A DNA stretch of 63,755 nt, filler included, from Choristocarpus tenellus KU-1152 (GCA_964200185.2; 12 parts of 12 records of this genome joined end to end with filler, not necessarily neighbours in it), one strand, 5' to 3'; shown: positions 12,199 through 25,059, numbered from the whole stretch's first letter. Numbers and translations are program-made. The notes: generated from the letters alone by a model not told the origin.

Positions 12199-13201
12199 GT
12201 GAGTGATCTCTTCCTACTCTATGTTTCTGGGGAGATGGCGCACATGCAGGTCCCTGCCATTTGATGTTGCATACACCCATATTATCACCTTTTCTGTGTT
12301 TACGAGTCGAGATTGTTTCACAAATGAAAAGGGCATAGTGATTACAGGAATTCCTTTGGAAGTGCTTCTATCACTATCCATCGTACCCTTGTGACAGTTT
12401 TCTTCTTGATATTCCTCTCACCCCACCTTGTTGTGTGCTTATTCCTGTATACATCCCAGTGTCCCCACGTGTATTTTTGCTCCACTCTCTTTACTTCCTC
12501 CGCACAAAAGAATAGAGACATGCGATCTGGGTCACTTTCAGATGAGTGCAGAAGCCACCCCCTTTTCCAGTCTTGAGTTTATTACAGTATGTGGTAGTCA
12601 TATCATGCTAGAGGTGCTGAGGAACACCAGCGAGCATGTTTTTTAATTTTGTAGTGAGGCCAGAGCTATAGGCAGAGGATATACAGAACGTTGTCAACAC
12701 ACTCAAACACTGTCTGCTCACATTTTGGCAAAGCTTGGAACTTACACGGTTGTAGGTGCACTGATGGGGAAGTGAAGTGCCCCCCAAAATATCTGTGTCA
12801 GGATGCAATGCTTGCCCTTAGTAGAATATCTCACTCCCTCGTCACCTACGAAGGCATTGCTTGGATGGAGCGTTAACCGACCTCATATATTGAAACATGT
12901 TTAACTTGGCAAATCTAATCACAATTTTCACACCTAACTGATCTGCTCGCAGAAAGTATGTGTGCTCCTCTTCCACAGGTGAATTAGAGCACCCATGGCC
13001 AACGCCTCAAGTGGATGGAGTCTAGCCTCCCCAAGCTCAAATCCACTCATGCAATTATCCCCATGATTCTTCAGCCCCCTCCCACACTTCGCAGCTTCCC
13101 CTGATTACACACACACACAACACAACACAAATATGCACACAAGTTTAATCCTAGTCTGTGCTTCTTGTTCAACATTATAACTCCATGCTGCTGTTGAACA
13201 G

Positions 13202-13464
13202 GCGAGTGAAGTCTGTCTTGATGAGTGTGCGATCCATGCATGCATTAGGTGTGGATCAACTCAAGTTTGGTGGCCCATTGTTGCCTGGGGATCTGAGCTA
13301 TGTCGAGTCAAAGATCCGTGCCGTAATTCTCTCCACTTCAGAGGTAAAACACACAATATACTCAATGGTGGTACAGCGTAAGACTTGTTCAAGAGTTTTA
13401 ATCCGAGTCAAGGATGGGGATAGACTAGTCGTCCGTCTAAAGGAGACTCTGCAATCACCTTCAC
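13202..13464 (+). CDS. Exon of the same gene
   Basis: gaacag acceptor, c|gtaaga donor; RVKSVLMSVRSMHALGVDQLKFGGPLLPGDLSYVESKIRAVIL... Confidence 0.7.
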
Positions 13465-14096
13465 GTAAGATTGTCACAGCAAATCTGGTATTTTTTCTTC
13501 ATCATAATGTTGCTACCTTCTTTTGTTTGCGTTCTGCTCACCTTCGTAGGTGTTGGAATTGTCGTTTGAAAGTCTTAACGCAAAACCTCAATACATAAAA
13601 ATAGATATCAAATAGATGCACTAAGAATGCCTAAAAAAAAAACACCTGTAATTTCAACACGTCAATTCTTCATTGGCCTGACCCTTTGATGGGTATTGCT
13701 GCTACCTTCCATCCCTTTCTCCTTCCCCCCTTCCCCCCTTCCCTTGAATCATATACTGCATCAAACATTGTAATGGCACCGAACCTGATTGGGATCAGGG
13801 ACTCGAGGAAGAGTTAGGAAATCGTTGCCCCTCTGGAGGCTCTTTCCCCAAAGACAAGGATGGGAAAGCAACACATAGGATTAGACACTCCAGTTCAAGA
13901 TTTCCGAAAGGATATGAGCAGGTGTTTGGATGTCTGGTGTGTTTGTTGGGAGGGACAGTATTTATTGATATGTTCATATCTGCAAGGTATTTCAGAGTGG
14001 TTCATATACTTCGATACCATCATGTATAAATTATGGTCTATCCTATTTGGAAGTATTTCCATTTATTGTGCATTACATTTCAGTAAGATGCATGCA

Positions 14097-14098
14097 TG

Positions 14099-14131
<33 letters not shown>

Positions 14132-14247
14132 GTCTATGTATGTATGTATGTGTCTATGTATGTATGTATGTGTCTATGTATGTATGTATGTGTCTATGTA
14201 TGTATGTATGTGTCTATGTATGTATGTATGTATGTATGTATGTATGT
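14097..14247. repeat. (TATG)n microsatellite with periodic TGTC interruptions
   Basis: Read directly from the sequence; abuts an A MITE. Confidence 0.95.
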
Positions 14248-14420
14248 GACCCAAAGTATCTGGGGGAGGGGGCTACACCAGAGTGTCCATTTGGGTCAAA
14301 ATCAGGAGAAGTGCATTTACATTATCCATCTGATGTATGCAACCAAATCACCCCAAAATCACAATATGAAAAAATTGACCCCAAATGCACAGCCGCCACC
14401 CCCCCCAGATACTTTTAGCC
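14248..14420 (+). mobile_element. MITE family A, complete, flanked by ATGT/ATGT
   Basis: GACCCAAAGTATCTGGGGG ... CCCCCAGATACTTTTAGCC. Confidence 0.93.
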
Positions 14421-15186
14421 ATGTATGTATTATGTGCTATGTACTATGTATGTTGACATCCCTACCTTGCATGTGTATGCATTTGAATGTGTAAATTCTG
14501 GTATACGGATGTGCAACTGTGCATTTTACTGAAGTGCTCTCGATCACATGTTACCTGTGCTTATACTACACATTTTGTGTGTGAAAAATCTAGTATAGCC
14601 CCCTCTGTATGCAGTTGTGGCATAGTAGGTCTTCTGTCGTGTTGTCAATATTTCGCATTGTATGCCAAACACCTCAGTACTAAGAAGTTGTACTCCCAAC
14701 AGCTGACAATATCAGACAACAGAATACTGACTCGGGAAGACAGAAGCGCAAGAAAATAAGATTCGAAAGTTCACCTGTGTACCATTTACAAGTTTGTTAG
14801 CTGCTCTAAAGCAAATGCCCGTTGTTACTGCCACTGGATCGTGTCAACACGAACCTTGCATTAAATGTCGATGAGAGGTAGTACTTGAAGTGAACATTTT
14901 CATAGTGCCTTTTGAAGAGATCTGGAGTTGCAAGACTAGGTCGTCATTCTGTCAGCAACCGCAAGGGATGTTTGAGGCAAGCACAAATAAAAGTAAGGCG
15001 ACCTCATATGTCAAGTGAAATATTTGCAAGCACGATGGAGTTACCCTAGGGTGAATAACCAGGCGGTAAAGTGATCCTCTTTGTTAGTCGTTATATGAGA
15101 GATAATTCTCCACTATGCACGGTACTCCTGAGTACATAATCCATCTATATTTTCACCCTTCCCCCTTATATATGCAAACTCAAAAG

Positions 15187-15405
15187 GTGAAGGAGTTTCT
15201 AGTTGATAGTCGACCAGATAAGAGGACATCAAGATTGGGGAACCCCAACAACCCAACCAGTAGACCCATGACTACCACGCCAAACACGGCAGTAATTCGA
15301 AAGGGAGGGAATACAGACAAGTCTGTAGTGGGCTTGGGTAGGCAACTCAGTGCCGATACTTGTAGTGGTGAAGTGCGATGGGCAAGGCGGCAAGAGCTGG
15401 GTCAG
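15187..15405 (+). CDS. Exon ending at a probable protein kinase subdomain I
   Basis: caaaag acceptor, cag|gtgcgt donor; ends EVRWARRQELGQ, resembling the MEKK-type W..G.xLGxGxFG start. The rest lies beyond the contig end. Confidence 0.55.
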
Positions 15406-15688
15406 GTGCGTATGATATAGGCGAGGGTGAAGGTTGATGGTTTGGACAGAAGCATAAGGTCGATTTATGCAACTTGCAAAAGCACCAGAAGATGGAAGGA
15501 AAGTGTAGCGGTACATGGTAAACCTTATAGAATATCCAAACAATGTTCATTCTCTGTACAGATGTTTGCTTCTACAGATATATTTGCTGGGATCCAACGA
15601 GCAGTACCATGGTAAGGTGGCAATGCAATGATAATATGTATTATTTCGACCCCAAAGAATGCACGTATGATCCAAATCTTAGTATAAG

Positions 15689-15712
15689 GACCCAAAGTAT
15701 CTGGGAGGGGGG
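15689..15712 (+). mobile_element. MITE family A left end at contig break
   Basis: GACCCAAAGTATCTGGGAGGGGGG. Confidence 0.75.
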
Positions 15713-15812
15713 NNNNNNNNNNNNNNNNNNNNNNNNNNNNNNNNNNNNNNNNNNNNTTAATTAATTAANNNNNNNNNNNNNNNNNNNNNNNNNNNNNNNN
15801 NNNNNNNNNNNN
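15713..15812. other. Artificial contig linker
   Basis: N44-TTAATTAATTAA-N44. Confidence 0.98.
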
Positions 15813-15892
15813 GTTAGTGTTTTTTTTCGCGGCACGGCCCAAAGGGGGCCCCCGGGGTGGGCCCCCCCCCCCCCCCCAAGATACTTCGGGTC
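15813..15892 (-). mobile_element. MITE family A end at contig start (error-rich)
   Basis: poly-C followed by AAGATACTTCGGGTC. Confidence 0.65.
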
Positions 15893-16640
15893 TGAAGGAG
15901 GATCAGTTTGGAAGGGGGGCTGGGGAGGTGGTTTGGGGTATTATATGTGTACACCCACTGAATCCAGTTTGCTGTATTAGATTTTGAAGACTTTCCATTG
16001 ATGTGGCAATGCATTCATGGTGTGAGGTGTTTGTTCTGTGGGTGTGTTTATGTGACCAAGTGAGATGAGGTGTGCTGTGCTGTGCTGTGCATGTGGGTGC
16101 TTGCCGGGTTGTGTCAGTATTTGTGTTTTGTGCCCCCCCCAAGAAATGATTGTGGGGATTGGTTGGAAGCTGAGCTGTCTGCTGCCGTCTGCAATAATGT
16201 AACTGTCGATTCCCGCGCACAACAGATGAGCAAGACCTGTATCTTCCCTTTAATTTTTTATTTTTACAATGGAAATGAGGGATTGGGTAAGTGTATCCCA
16301 GCACCCCCCATTGCACCTCCTTTTCATTGGTGCTGGCTGTGCTAAGGTGATTTGACAGACTCACTCGTACAAACAAGCTCACGCATGCTCACACGTTGAG
16401 CATTTGAGAAACAGTCCAAGTCTGGTTGTATGGGTCTTTTTGCTTCATGGAAGCCGTAACTTTCCTTGAGTTGGTGGGTTGTTCCATGTGGCAGGGAGAG
16501 GAACATGTAAAGCAATTTCCAAGAAGTTTTTTTATTTGAAATGAAGCCAACTATTGAAGGGAGATGACGTACTGTTACTATTTTAAAGTAGAATTTCCAT
16601 TGATCGGTGCTGTTGCCCAACTCCAGTAAATACTTTTTGT

Positions 16641-16811
16641 GGCTCAAAGGATCTGGGGGGGTGGCGGCTGTCCATACGGGGCCATTTTTCCATATCGCGA
16701 TTTTTGTGTGATTTGGTTACATGCGTCGGAAGATAATGTAAGTGCACTTTTCCTGGTCAAGGCTCGAATGGACACCCTTGTGTAGACCCCCCCCCCCAGA
16801 TACTTTTAGCC
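16641..16811 (-). mobile_element. MITE family A, complete, flanked by TGT/TGT
   Basis: GGCTCAAAGGATCTGGGGG ... CCCCAGATACTTTTAGCC. Confidence 0.92.
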
Positions 16812-18191
16812 TGTAGGGTGCAAGTTTTGTGGAGTACTGAAAGCAGCACAGTGAAATACATAATGGTTGTCCACTTCTAATGTTCTCTTTCAGGATGAGT
16901 GACCCGCATCCAATGACAATGGAATTATTTATTTTTCGTAATTTTTTTTACAGAGCATTCCACTGCACTTCCAAGGTTATTTTTTGAGCTGCTGTTGTAT
17001 CTTAAAACTCAGTTTTACAAATTTTCTCTGATGTTTGTGCATCAAGGGAGGGTGTTAAATCTGTGGATTTGGTCGGAATGTAAAGGCTTGTGATGGAATG
17101 GTTACTTGGAACTGTGACGAGACTATTAGAATAGTAGACCAGATAGAAATGGTGAAGTCAACATCACACCCACCTGCTGCGTTTGATTCGCTAAGGTTCC
17201 CCTCCTTTTGATACGGTTTATCATTCGTGCCTATTGTGCAACCACCTATCTCTTGAACAGTCCACATTTTGCCAATTTTTCTCCCTTTTCTATGCTATTT
17301 TGGGCAGCAGAAGTAATTCTTAGTGACTGTGAGGCTAATGGCATTCTCCATTTGCTTACAATGTCAGAAATCTTTTATGCAAATACTTAGAATAGGTGGT
17401 GTCCTCCAAGTGCAGCAACTACCCTATCTGGTGCCACAACTGGTAGTGCTCTCCCCTTATTCACCCAACGTTGTCAGCAATGCTGACTTGTCTTTGCGAC
17501 CTGCCTGTCTCTCCCCTTTTGGTGTGCTAGACAATCAAGTACAATCCATAACTCCGGATAAAGGAGCAAAACCATACTATATCACAACTTGTCCTCTAAA
17601 CGACTTTCAAGCACAATTAGCTTGGTTGAGGTCCATGCCTAACATACAAACCTAAACAAGGTTTGATTCAGGTATCATGTGTCACTGTTACTGCGCACCC
17701 TTCTCCTCACTTACCAGCTGCAGTTACAAATGAACCAGCCGACTATTATTTTGTGTCCATCTTGGGTTTCACTGAGAAACCTCTGTTGTTACATGTGTCA
17801 AAGCACACAGTATATATCCAAACGACACAATAAATACCATCTACAATATTGTATGCTACTACTGCTTTTTTTATGACTCCATCAAGCACATTTATTACTG
17901 TACACTCGTACACATCAGACAGCCAGACACCTCGCTTTATCCCAGACGCAGCCTGCTTGTTCCTTAACCTGATGAAGTCAGGTTACTTTCTCAGATCCAC
18001 TAGGGGTGACAAATATATGGAGCTCCATTCCCTCGAAAATGCTACCACTGGGACAGTAGTTGCCAAGAGCGAGTGCATGCAGGCAGCGCAGAGCACAACC
18101 CTCATTCAAGAGGTATCTGGAAGCGTTGCCATCTTGTTGTGTGATCATTCAGCATGGCATACGCATACATTTTGACCCTCCACTCGACAAA

Positions 18192-18372
18192 GACCCAAAG
18201 TATCTGGGGGGGTGGGGGGGGGTCTACCCGAGGGTGTCCATTTGGACCAAAATCGGGAAAAGTGCATTTGCATTATCCATCTGACGTATGGCAGCCAATC
18301 ACCCAAAAATCGCGATATGAAAAAATTGACCCCAAATGGACAGCCGCCACCCCCTCCCAGATACTTTGAGCC
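18192..18372 (+). mobile_element. MITE family A, complete, flanked by AAA/AAA
   Basis: GACCCAAAGTATCTGGGGG ... CCCAGATACTTTGAGCC. Confidence 0.93.
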
Positions 18373-18564
18373 AAACTGAGTTAGATACTCTCATAGCAGA
18401 ACTATGAAGGTTGGGAGTCAAGCAATTCAGATTGGGTGGATCTGTTACAATGAGCGCCTGGGCAGACCCTCTGCATCTTCCTGTCCTGTATGCAGACACA
18501 CTGCCGCCTATATACTACACCATGCATGGCAGTGTGTATATTTATGTGTACAATGTCCCATAGG

Positions 18565-18602
18565 GCATCAAAGTATCTTAGAGGTTAGAGCCGTGTCCAT
18601 TT
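18565..18602 (-). mobile_element. Solo end of MITE family B
   Basis: CAAAGTATCTTAGAGGTTAGAGCCGTGTCCATTT. Confidence 0.7.
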
Positions 18603-19374
18603 AACAGCGGATCATGATAATGTCGGATGGATCATTTCATGGAGGATGGGTTTGATCGAAATGGTGCGCGGAAAGTGCCCATATGTTTTTTTTGTAATTG
18701 TCCTAAAACTTTTTTAGGGCCCCTTTTTGAATGGTATGTACGGAAGGGAATGAATTGAAATGAGGACTGAGGGATGGAGGTGCTGCTTTATTTCATCTGG
18801 TCGGTCTGTCTTCAAAACTCAGAATCGTCTTTCCTTTGAGAATATCGACCAGCATACGATTTCATACTGAAAAGAGACAGAGAGTAGATGATTTTTTGTG
18901 ACCTTTTCGTGTTCGTACGTTTCAAGCATGTTGCATCAATGGACGATGTGGTTTGAAACTGTATTTGTTGATGTAAATATTAGAATATCTTTACCATTTG
19001 TCGAAACCCTAACGCACGTGTTTGGCTGTCTTGAGTTTTCAAAAACAGAATGCACTTTCAAAAATAGAAGGTCCCCTTCTGTCATCTATTAAATTTTTAA
19101 AAATTCTAAGGGCGCCAAAAAGCGGTTTTATTATAAAAATAAATAGTACGGTACCAACTGGAAGTGAGCTTTATGTTTATGGAAATTGGAAACGTTTGAG
19201 ACCCATAAAGTGCGTGCTTGGTTTTTAAAAAAATGGTAAGAACGGATATAACTGAATTAACTTTTTCTAACAAATCCTCATGGATGTGTGTAGGGTTAGG
19301 TCATTTCCAAAGAACAGAAGTGCGATTTGAAATCCTTGTACCTCCTTTTGTCATCTCTAGATTTTTTAAGCAGG

Positions 19375-19474
19375 NNNNNNNNNNNNNNNNNNNNNNNNNN
19401 NNNNNNNNNNNNNNNNNNTTAATTAATTAANNNNNNNNNNNNNNNNNNNNNNNNNNNNNNNNNNNNNNNNNNNN
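19375..19474. other. Artificial contig linker
   Basis: N44-TTAATTAATTAA-N44. Confidence 0.98.
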
Positions 19475-22218
19475 AAAACAAAAAGAAAAACAACAACAAA
19501 CGAGAGGAAAAAGAGGGTGGGGGGGGGGGGGGGGGGGGGAGGCGGGTTTGGAGATGGGTAAGGTGGAGCACTGACGGCAGAGTTGATGGACTAGGACACA
19601 TTTTATAGGGCCCATGAGAGCAATATATGTAGTCACCTTTCCATGCAAGATCAATAGTAGTTGCACTATAGATCAAACATGGTGCTGAAAGCACCACACA
19701 GCAATCTTGAACAAGCTGTTGAGTATTCCTGTGATGATATTATGGAAGCGGAATCAATACCACCAACCCTGTCCCGCCAGCAACCACTTTTACCCCCTAA
19801 CCCTAACCCTAACTCAACCACTTCCAAGCAAGTGGTGTGTTTAGCATGATCGACAATGAGAACCACAACCCTAACCCTATCTCTGAGGAGGCGTGTTGTA
19901 TCTCTGAACCTTGTAGTCTTACACATACTCATGATCAAACTGCAGCACACACATCTTACACATGCCCACGTGCTCTTTGGTACAGGTTTCCATTACTGTG
20001 TGTGAGAAGAGGAAAGTGTAGATCGTACCATACTAACGAAACAAAAAAAAAACTTTAACCCTGGAAAACAAAAAAAAAATACACCTGGCACAGTACTGAC
20101 GTGTGCAGTTTCAGTCCTCTCTGCTAGATACCCTCTAGGGGAGCTCACTGCCACTTCTGAATATCGTCATTCACCCATCTTGTTCTTGGGGTAACTTACC
20201 AAGTTCCATCAACTCCCCAGGTTGCCATAAGATCTGATTGAGTCTGTGGACATGTAATTTGAACAGTCACAAGTAAGTGTTTATCGCCGCTATGAGGCTG
20301 TCCAAGTTTCAGATGACGGATCTCGAAATGCTCCCAAATGTACATGGAAACAAATCAGGGTGGTTGTGGTAGGTCAACTGCAGTGACCAGGATAAAAAGT
20401 AATCTTACCTTTCCCCTTGGTGTCATCTGGGATGCCTTGGCCAATCTTCCATGTCGGCAAAGGATGTCTGCATTCACCTCAGGCCACGGAGGCATGAGGT
20501 TGCTCTCAGCCCTGTCCCTCCCTCTACTCTTGACCTTGCCTGAAGACCCACCACCCGAGGACATTTTTCGGCGCCGACGCCGGCGGTGGGCTGCCTGGGC
20601 TTCCACAAAACGACGGAGGTTGCCTGCCCATGTCTTTGAAAGGTAGAACCTGATGTTGAGAGTTTGGGAAGGGGTGTGTGATCAACAAAATTACCAGATG
20701 AGTGGTCGGGTTGTTTGACAACTAGGAAGGTAGCAGGATTTTTCTCCAGCACTGTGGTAAGGTATGGACTGCGGAACGTAACAGAAAGGGTGGAGTGATA
20801 TCGAGAATCCCCCACCCAAAACTATCAGTTGACCCTTGATTCAGCTGCCGTACAAATTCCTCTAACTTCTACAAGGGCTTTGCTCACCCTTTCCCTGGTC
20901 GAGCCTCTGGACCTTGGAGGAGGACAGTGATGTGCCTTAGTTCGGCGAACCTCAAGGTGTCCAGGTCCCTATCCCATGAGGAATCATCTTCTCGCAATGA
21001 AGGGTTCGCTCTTCCGTAACGATGCTTGATCAGAAAGGCAACCACAGATGACATGATATTGCTTGCACCTATGCACGGAGGAGGTGAGGGAAGTGATAAG
21101 GGACGCTGGTGGTGACATGAGTGCCACTGTAACGCACAGTGACCGAACCTTTTTACCTCAATGATATTCTTGCCGCGAACACGCACCTTTATGCAAGACA
21201 TCTCATGTCCTTCCTTGACTCACCAGGAGACCCTGATAGTTGGCTGGTGCAAAAGAAGGAAGCCAAGTCGGCACTGCGGAGCCAAGAGAATGTAGATAAA
21301 AGTACTTCCCTTGGGAGAGGACCACCAGCATTGGGAAAGAGAGTTGGCGGGGGCACCTCTTCTATCGAAAGAGAAGGAAGAACGGGAGTCACGACCACTG
21401 TCGGAGGGTTTGGGGACAGGTTATCTATGCACGTTGATCCCTTGCCAGGTGACCTCTGCATCTCTGCAGTAGAAGTTGGCGTGGTGGTCCGTCAGAGATG
21501 TGAAAGGTCTCGACCGACTTCCTCTATCCGCCCCACAGGCCCTACCCCCGACACCGGTGGGTATAAGGTTTAAGCCTTGGCAGCATCTGATGCAGTAACC
21601 GGAGAGAGCGATTACAACAGGCCAGCTCTCAGCGGCAATGAAATCGATTCTTGTTCAAGAAAGTTGAATGTTGGATCCTGACACGTATTACCAAGGACGC
21701 ACTTGAGCGAAACACGTCGGGGGCGTACTTTTTGCCCAACTGGAAGTGTGAGCTACTAGCACCACCTCTACACTTGCCAATAGGAGTTCTTTTAGGTCAC
21801 TGACCGTGACCTCCTTGACTCCGCTTTATGAATATTTCCTCAACCAAGTGGATATACTCGAAACTCTACACTATTTATGTTACGAATGTGTTGCAATGAT
21901 GCCTTCCATGTCCGATCTTAAATCTTACTGTTAACGGTTGAAATCAGGGTACATCACGAAGAATAGGAGGTAACAACCAGTCTTTAAGTAGAAGAGTTGG
22001 GTGGTGGAGTTGTCTCAACTTACTGCCCTAACTCAGGCATCGCGCTCAAGTGCTGAAGTGCAGTAGCCTTGATCTTTTGTCGAAGGGTTGAAATTGGTGT
22101 CTACGTCATGAAATCCGTCGTTCATGATGGGTTTCTGGCATTTTGTGAGTGGAACTGTACAACTTGTGGTCGAAGGACTTCAACTACAAAGTGCCAGGTT
22201 GCGGCACACTCGAAACTT

Positions 22219-23269
22219 ATGGTGAGGACGAGGGGAATGGCGAGGACGCTTCCAGTGATACTGACAGTGTATGTGTTCCTTCTCGGTGTCTGTATGACTC
22301 AGGCATCTCCGACTGGATGGCGAAGATGGACTTCAATGCTCCAACTCCCTCCAGATGATTCGCCACACTTCAAATTGTCGCAACAAGGCGTTCGAATATC
22401 TAGGGGCACGGATGTCGCAAGTGGGAATGGTAAAACTGGGGAGCGCTCGTGGTCGCATAGGCGACGTGCGGCCGATGCTGCTTACATTTCGAAGGAATGC
22501 GAGAAGCGAGGGAAAAATGTGCTGGTGGACAACTCTGAGACAGATCTCATATCCTTGGTCGATGGGAAGGAGCGAAAGGGACTGTTGGTGTCCTATTCTA
22601 AGGGCTGGGCCATGGTAAAGACTCTTGTCCGCCCGGGCCCTAGACCCTCCACCGTGGGACCTTCACCATCAGTCAATCAAGCCGGATCACAAACTGGTGC
22701 AACCAAGATCTCGAGGTCGTACCTCCAGTGGCCCAGCTCCAATGAACCAGTGCACGAACTTGCCAGGTGCCGGAGCTCTACGGATGTGGCCGAAAACTGC
22801 TTAACATCAGATGATTTACCCAGAAAGGAGAGCCCCAAGAGCGCCAGAGAGTCGGTTCCGTCCAAGGACAAACTACAGGCAACAACTGCTTCTGCTCGCG
22901 TGGTGGCAGGAGCTTCGCTGACATTTAGCGAGGCGATGTTTGCCGGGGCCATAAGCCGTAGCATCGCCCAGACTTGCATGCAGCCAGCTAATGTAGTCAA
23001 GACACTCTTGCAGGGTCGAGGTACATCGAAACAGCTCTCCAAGCTCTCCTTCCGCCTCCTTACGCGTGGCGCAGGGGCGCAATTCTTGCTCTCTTTGCCA
23101 CACGGCGCCCTCAACTTCGCTACTCTAGAGGCTGTCAGGGGTTGTAGTGCTAGGGCCTTTCCAGAGGGAGGGAGAGAGAAAGCTGGTCCTTTATTAGACT
23201 TCTTTTCGTCTGCTGTGGCAACCTTCATGTGCTCTTCAGTCAGCACACCCCAGATGGTCCTAACAGATA
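22219..23269 (+). CDS. Mitochondrial carrier family (SLC25, SAM-carrier-like) protein, exon 1, with N-terminal signal-peptide-like segment
   Basis: ATG at 22219 or 22237; hydrophobic LPVILTVYVFLLGVCMTQAS; carrier repeats MFAGAISRSIAQTCMQPANVVKT, LTRGAGAQ..LPHGALNFATLE and AVATFMCSSVSTPQMVLTD; donor a|gtgagc. Confidence 0.88.
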
Positions 23270-23456
23270 GTGAGCAATAAAATGCATAAACTCGTAGTCC
23301 CTAGCCCAGTATGATAGTGGGTAAGGAGATTGTTGTTCGATGGCCAACATTATTTTTGTCTGTTTATTGCATACACGTGGAGAGATGAACCTCCTTGATA
23401 TTTTATTGCTGCCCCCAAGAAAGGGTGTTTGGTGTATTCAATGTATGTATCAAGGG

Positions 23457-23490
<34 letters not shown>

Positions 23491-23594
23491 TCACATGTTG
23501 TCATGCGGTTTTAGTGTGATCCCCTGTCACTCTGTTTGTCTGAGTAGATTCTGTTCCCTTGTCGCCTCATTTCTCTCACTCACCCTTCTCTCAG

Positions 23595-23718
23595 GAATTA
23601 TGGCGGGTATATACCCAGACCTCATGACAGGCATTCAGGACATCACAGTCACCTCGGGATGGAGAGGTTTCTATACTGGTTGGGGTGTTAATGTGTCCCA
23701 GAAAATCCCCAGCTATGG
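23595..23718 (+). CDS. Mitochondrial carrier family protein, exon 2
   Basis: ctctcag acceptor, phase matches exon 1 (a+ga = R); RIMAGIYPDLMTGIQDITVTSGWRGFYTGWGVNVSQKIPSYG contains the GxxGFYxG motif; donor gg|gtgagt. Confidence 0.88.
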
Positions 23719-23971
23719 GTGAGTTGTATCCATTTTTTGTGGTCGTGGGGGTTGTTTACCCACTGTTCTTTGCTGTCCCTTGGGATCTTTGTTAAAAAAA
23801 GCCTTCATGACCTATTCTCTCCAACATGTGACCCTCATAACCAAGGTGGGTGTTTGTCCTTATCCCCACCCCCTGCATTATTGCGTGAGTTGCCACGCAA
23901 TGCAAGAGCCCATCACATCCTCCCTGCCCCACACTCACCTTGCATCATCATGACAGTCCAGCGACCACGTG

Positions 23972-24016
<45 letters not shown>

Positions 24017-24049
24017 TTTTTCTGCTGCCCTGTTGTCGTGCTTTTGAAA

Positions 24050-24149
24050 NNNNNNNNNNNNNNNNNNNNNNNNNNNNNNNNNNNNNNNNNNNNTTAATTA
24101 ATTAANNNNNNNNNNNNNNNNNNNNNNNNNNNNNNNNNNNNNNNNNNNN
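24050..24149. other. Artificial contig linker
   Basis: N44-TTAATTAATTAA-N44. Confidence 0.98.
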
Positions 24150-24204
24150 GGGAGATGGGCACGGAGGGGTCTGTTGGATTCTTGGGATGCTTCCTTAGCT
24201 CCCC

Positions 24205-24237
24205 CCTGACACATCTGCAAAATGTCAGAGGGCATAA
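24205..24237 (+). repeat. Dispersed repeat family D core (CTGACA-N11-TGTCAG hairpin)
   Basis: Identical in reverse at 33385-33417; variants at 42688-42736 and 48435-48483. Confidence 0.8.
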
Positions 24238-25059
24238 AAATAAAAATAGTTGCGTAAAAACTTGACTGTAAGATTTGGCGAGACAGCGCGGTAAAAAGAA
24301 ATATTGCATCAAGACGACTAAGTAAGGTCGTACCACTAGCTTCGCCCTCTGTGGCAATCTTTAATTTTTTCACCAGAACATCTCTAAAGATATAGAACAG
24401 TATATATATCAAATGAAAGGTTATGACAAGATCTTTTGAAGGTTGTAGTGGATTTTGTATATTCTTCGGGGAATGGGGAACGGGAGCTATGTCCCGATCA
24501 AATAATGGAAAAAACGCGGGGGAATGTCTCCGACGCAATTTTGAAGGTCACGACTTCAAAATGTACAAAAATAAAGTGGTTGGCTGAACTCCTTGCAGAA
24601 AACAGGTTTGGGATAGGTCCCTGTCCAGGTTTGACTGGTGAGATGTTCCCGAAACAAAATTCAAGATTTCCGGACATCTTACGCCTTTTGCCGACTTTCT
24701 GTGAGGACACACACATGTGACTTACACAGCAACATGAACCGTGACGGTGAGACAAGGAGAGCCGCCGAGGCCACGTTTCCCCCTGCATCTACCCTCAGCA
24801 CCTTCTCTGTCGAGAGTCCTAGGAAAAGCAAGTACCGTGTGACACACTCAGTGCAATGTTAGGTGATGATAAAGTGTGAGTACTGTGGCGCAGCAGCACG
24901 ATCGAATCGCGAAATGGACCACGCAGTCGCGACACTGACGCTGAGAGAAGATCCATTGAACGCGTTACCACACAAACGTGGTTGGGTCTTCAACCACGTT
25001 GGAGAACTGCTCTGTAGTCTCTGCCACCTCGGGAAAACAGGAAGATGGAGAGGGCATAC

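Noticed and set aside
13860-14494. MYVCMYV ORFs
   Set aside because: Translations of the TATG microsatellite and an A MITE.
22677-23246. 189-aa minus-strand ORF (also 48940-49401)
   Set aside because: Antisense shadows of well-supported plus-strand exons.
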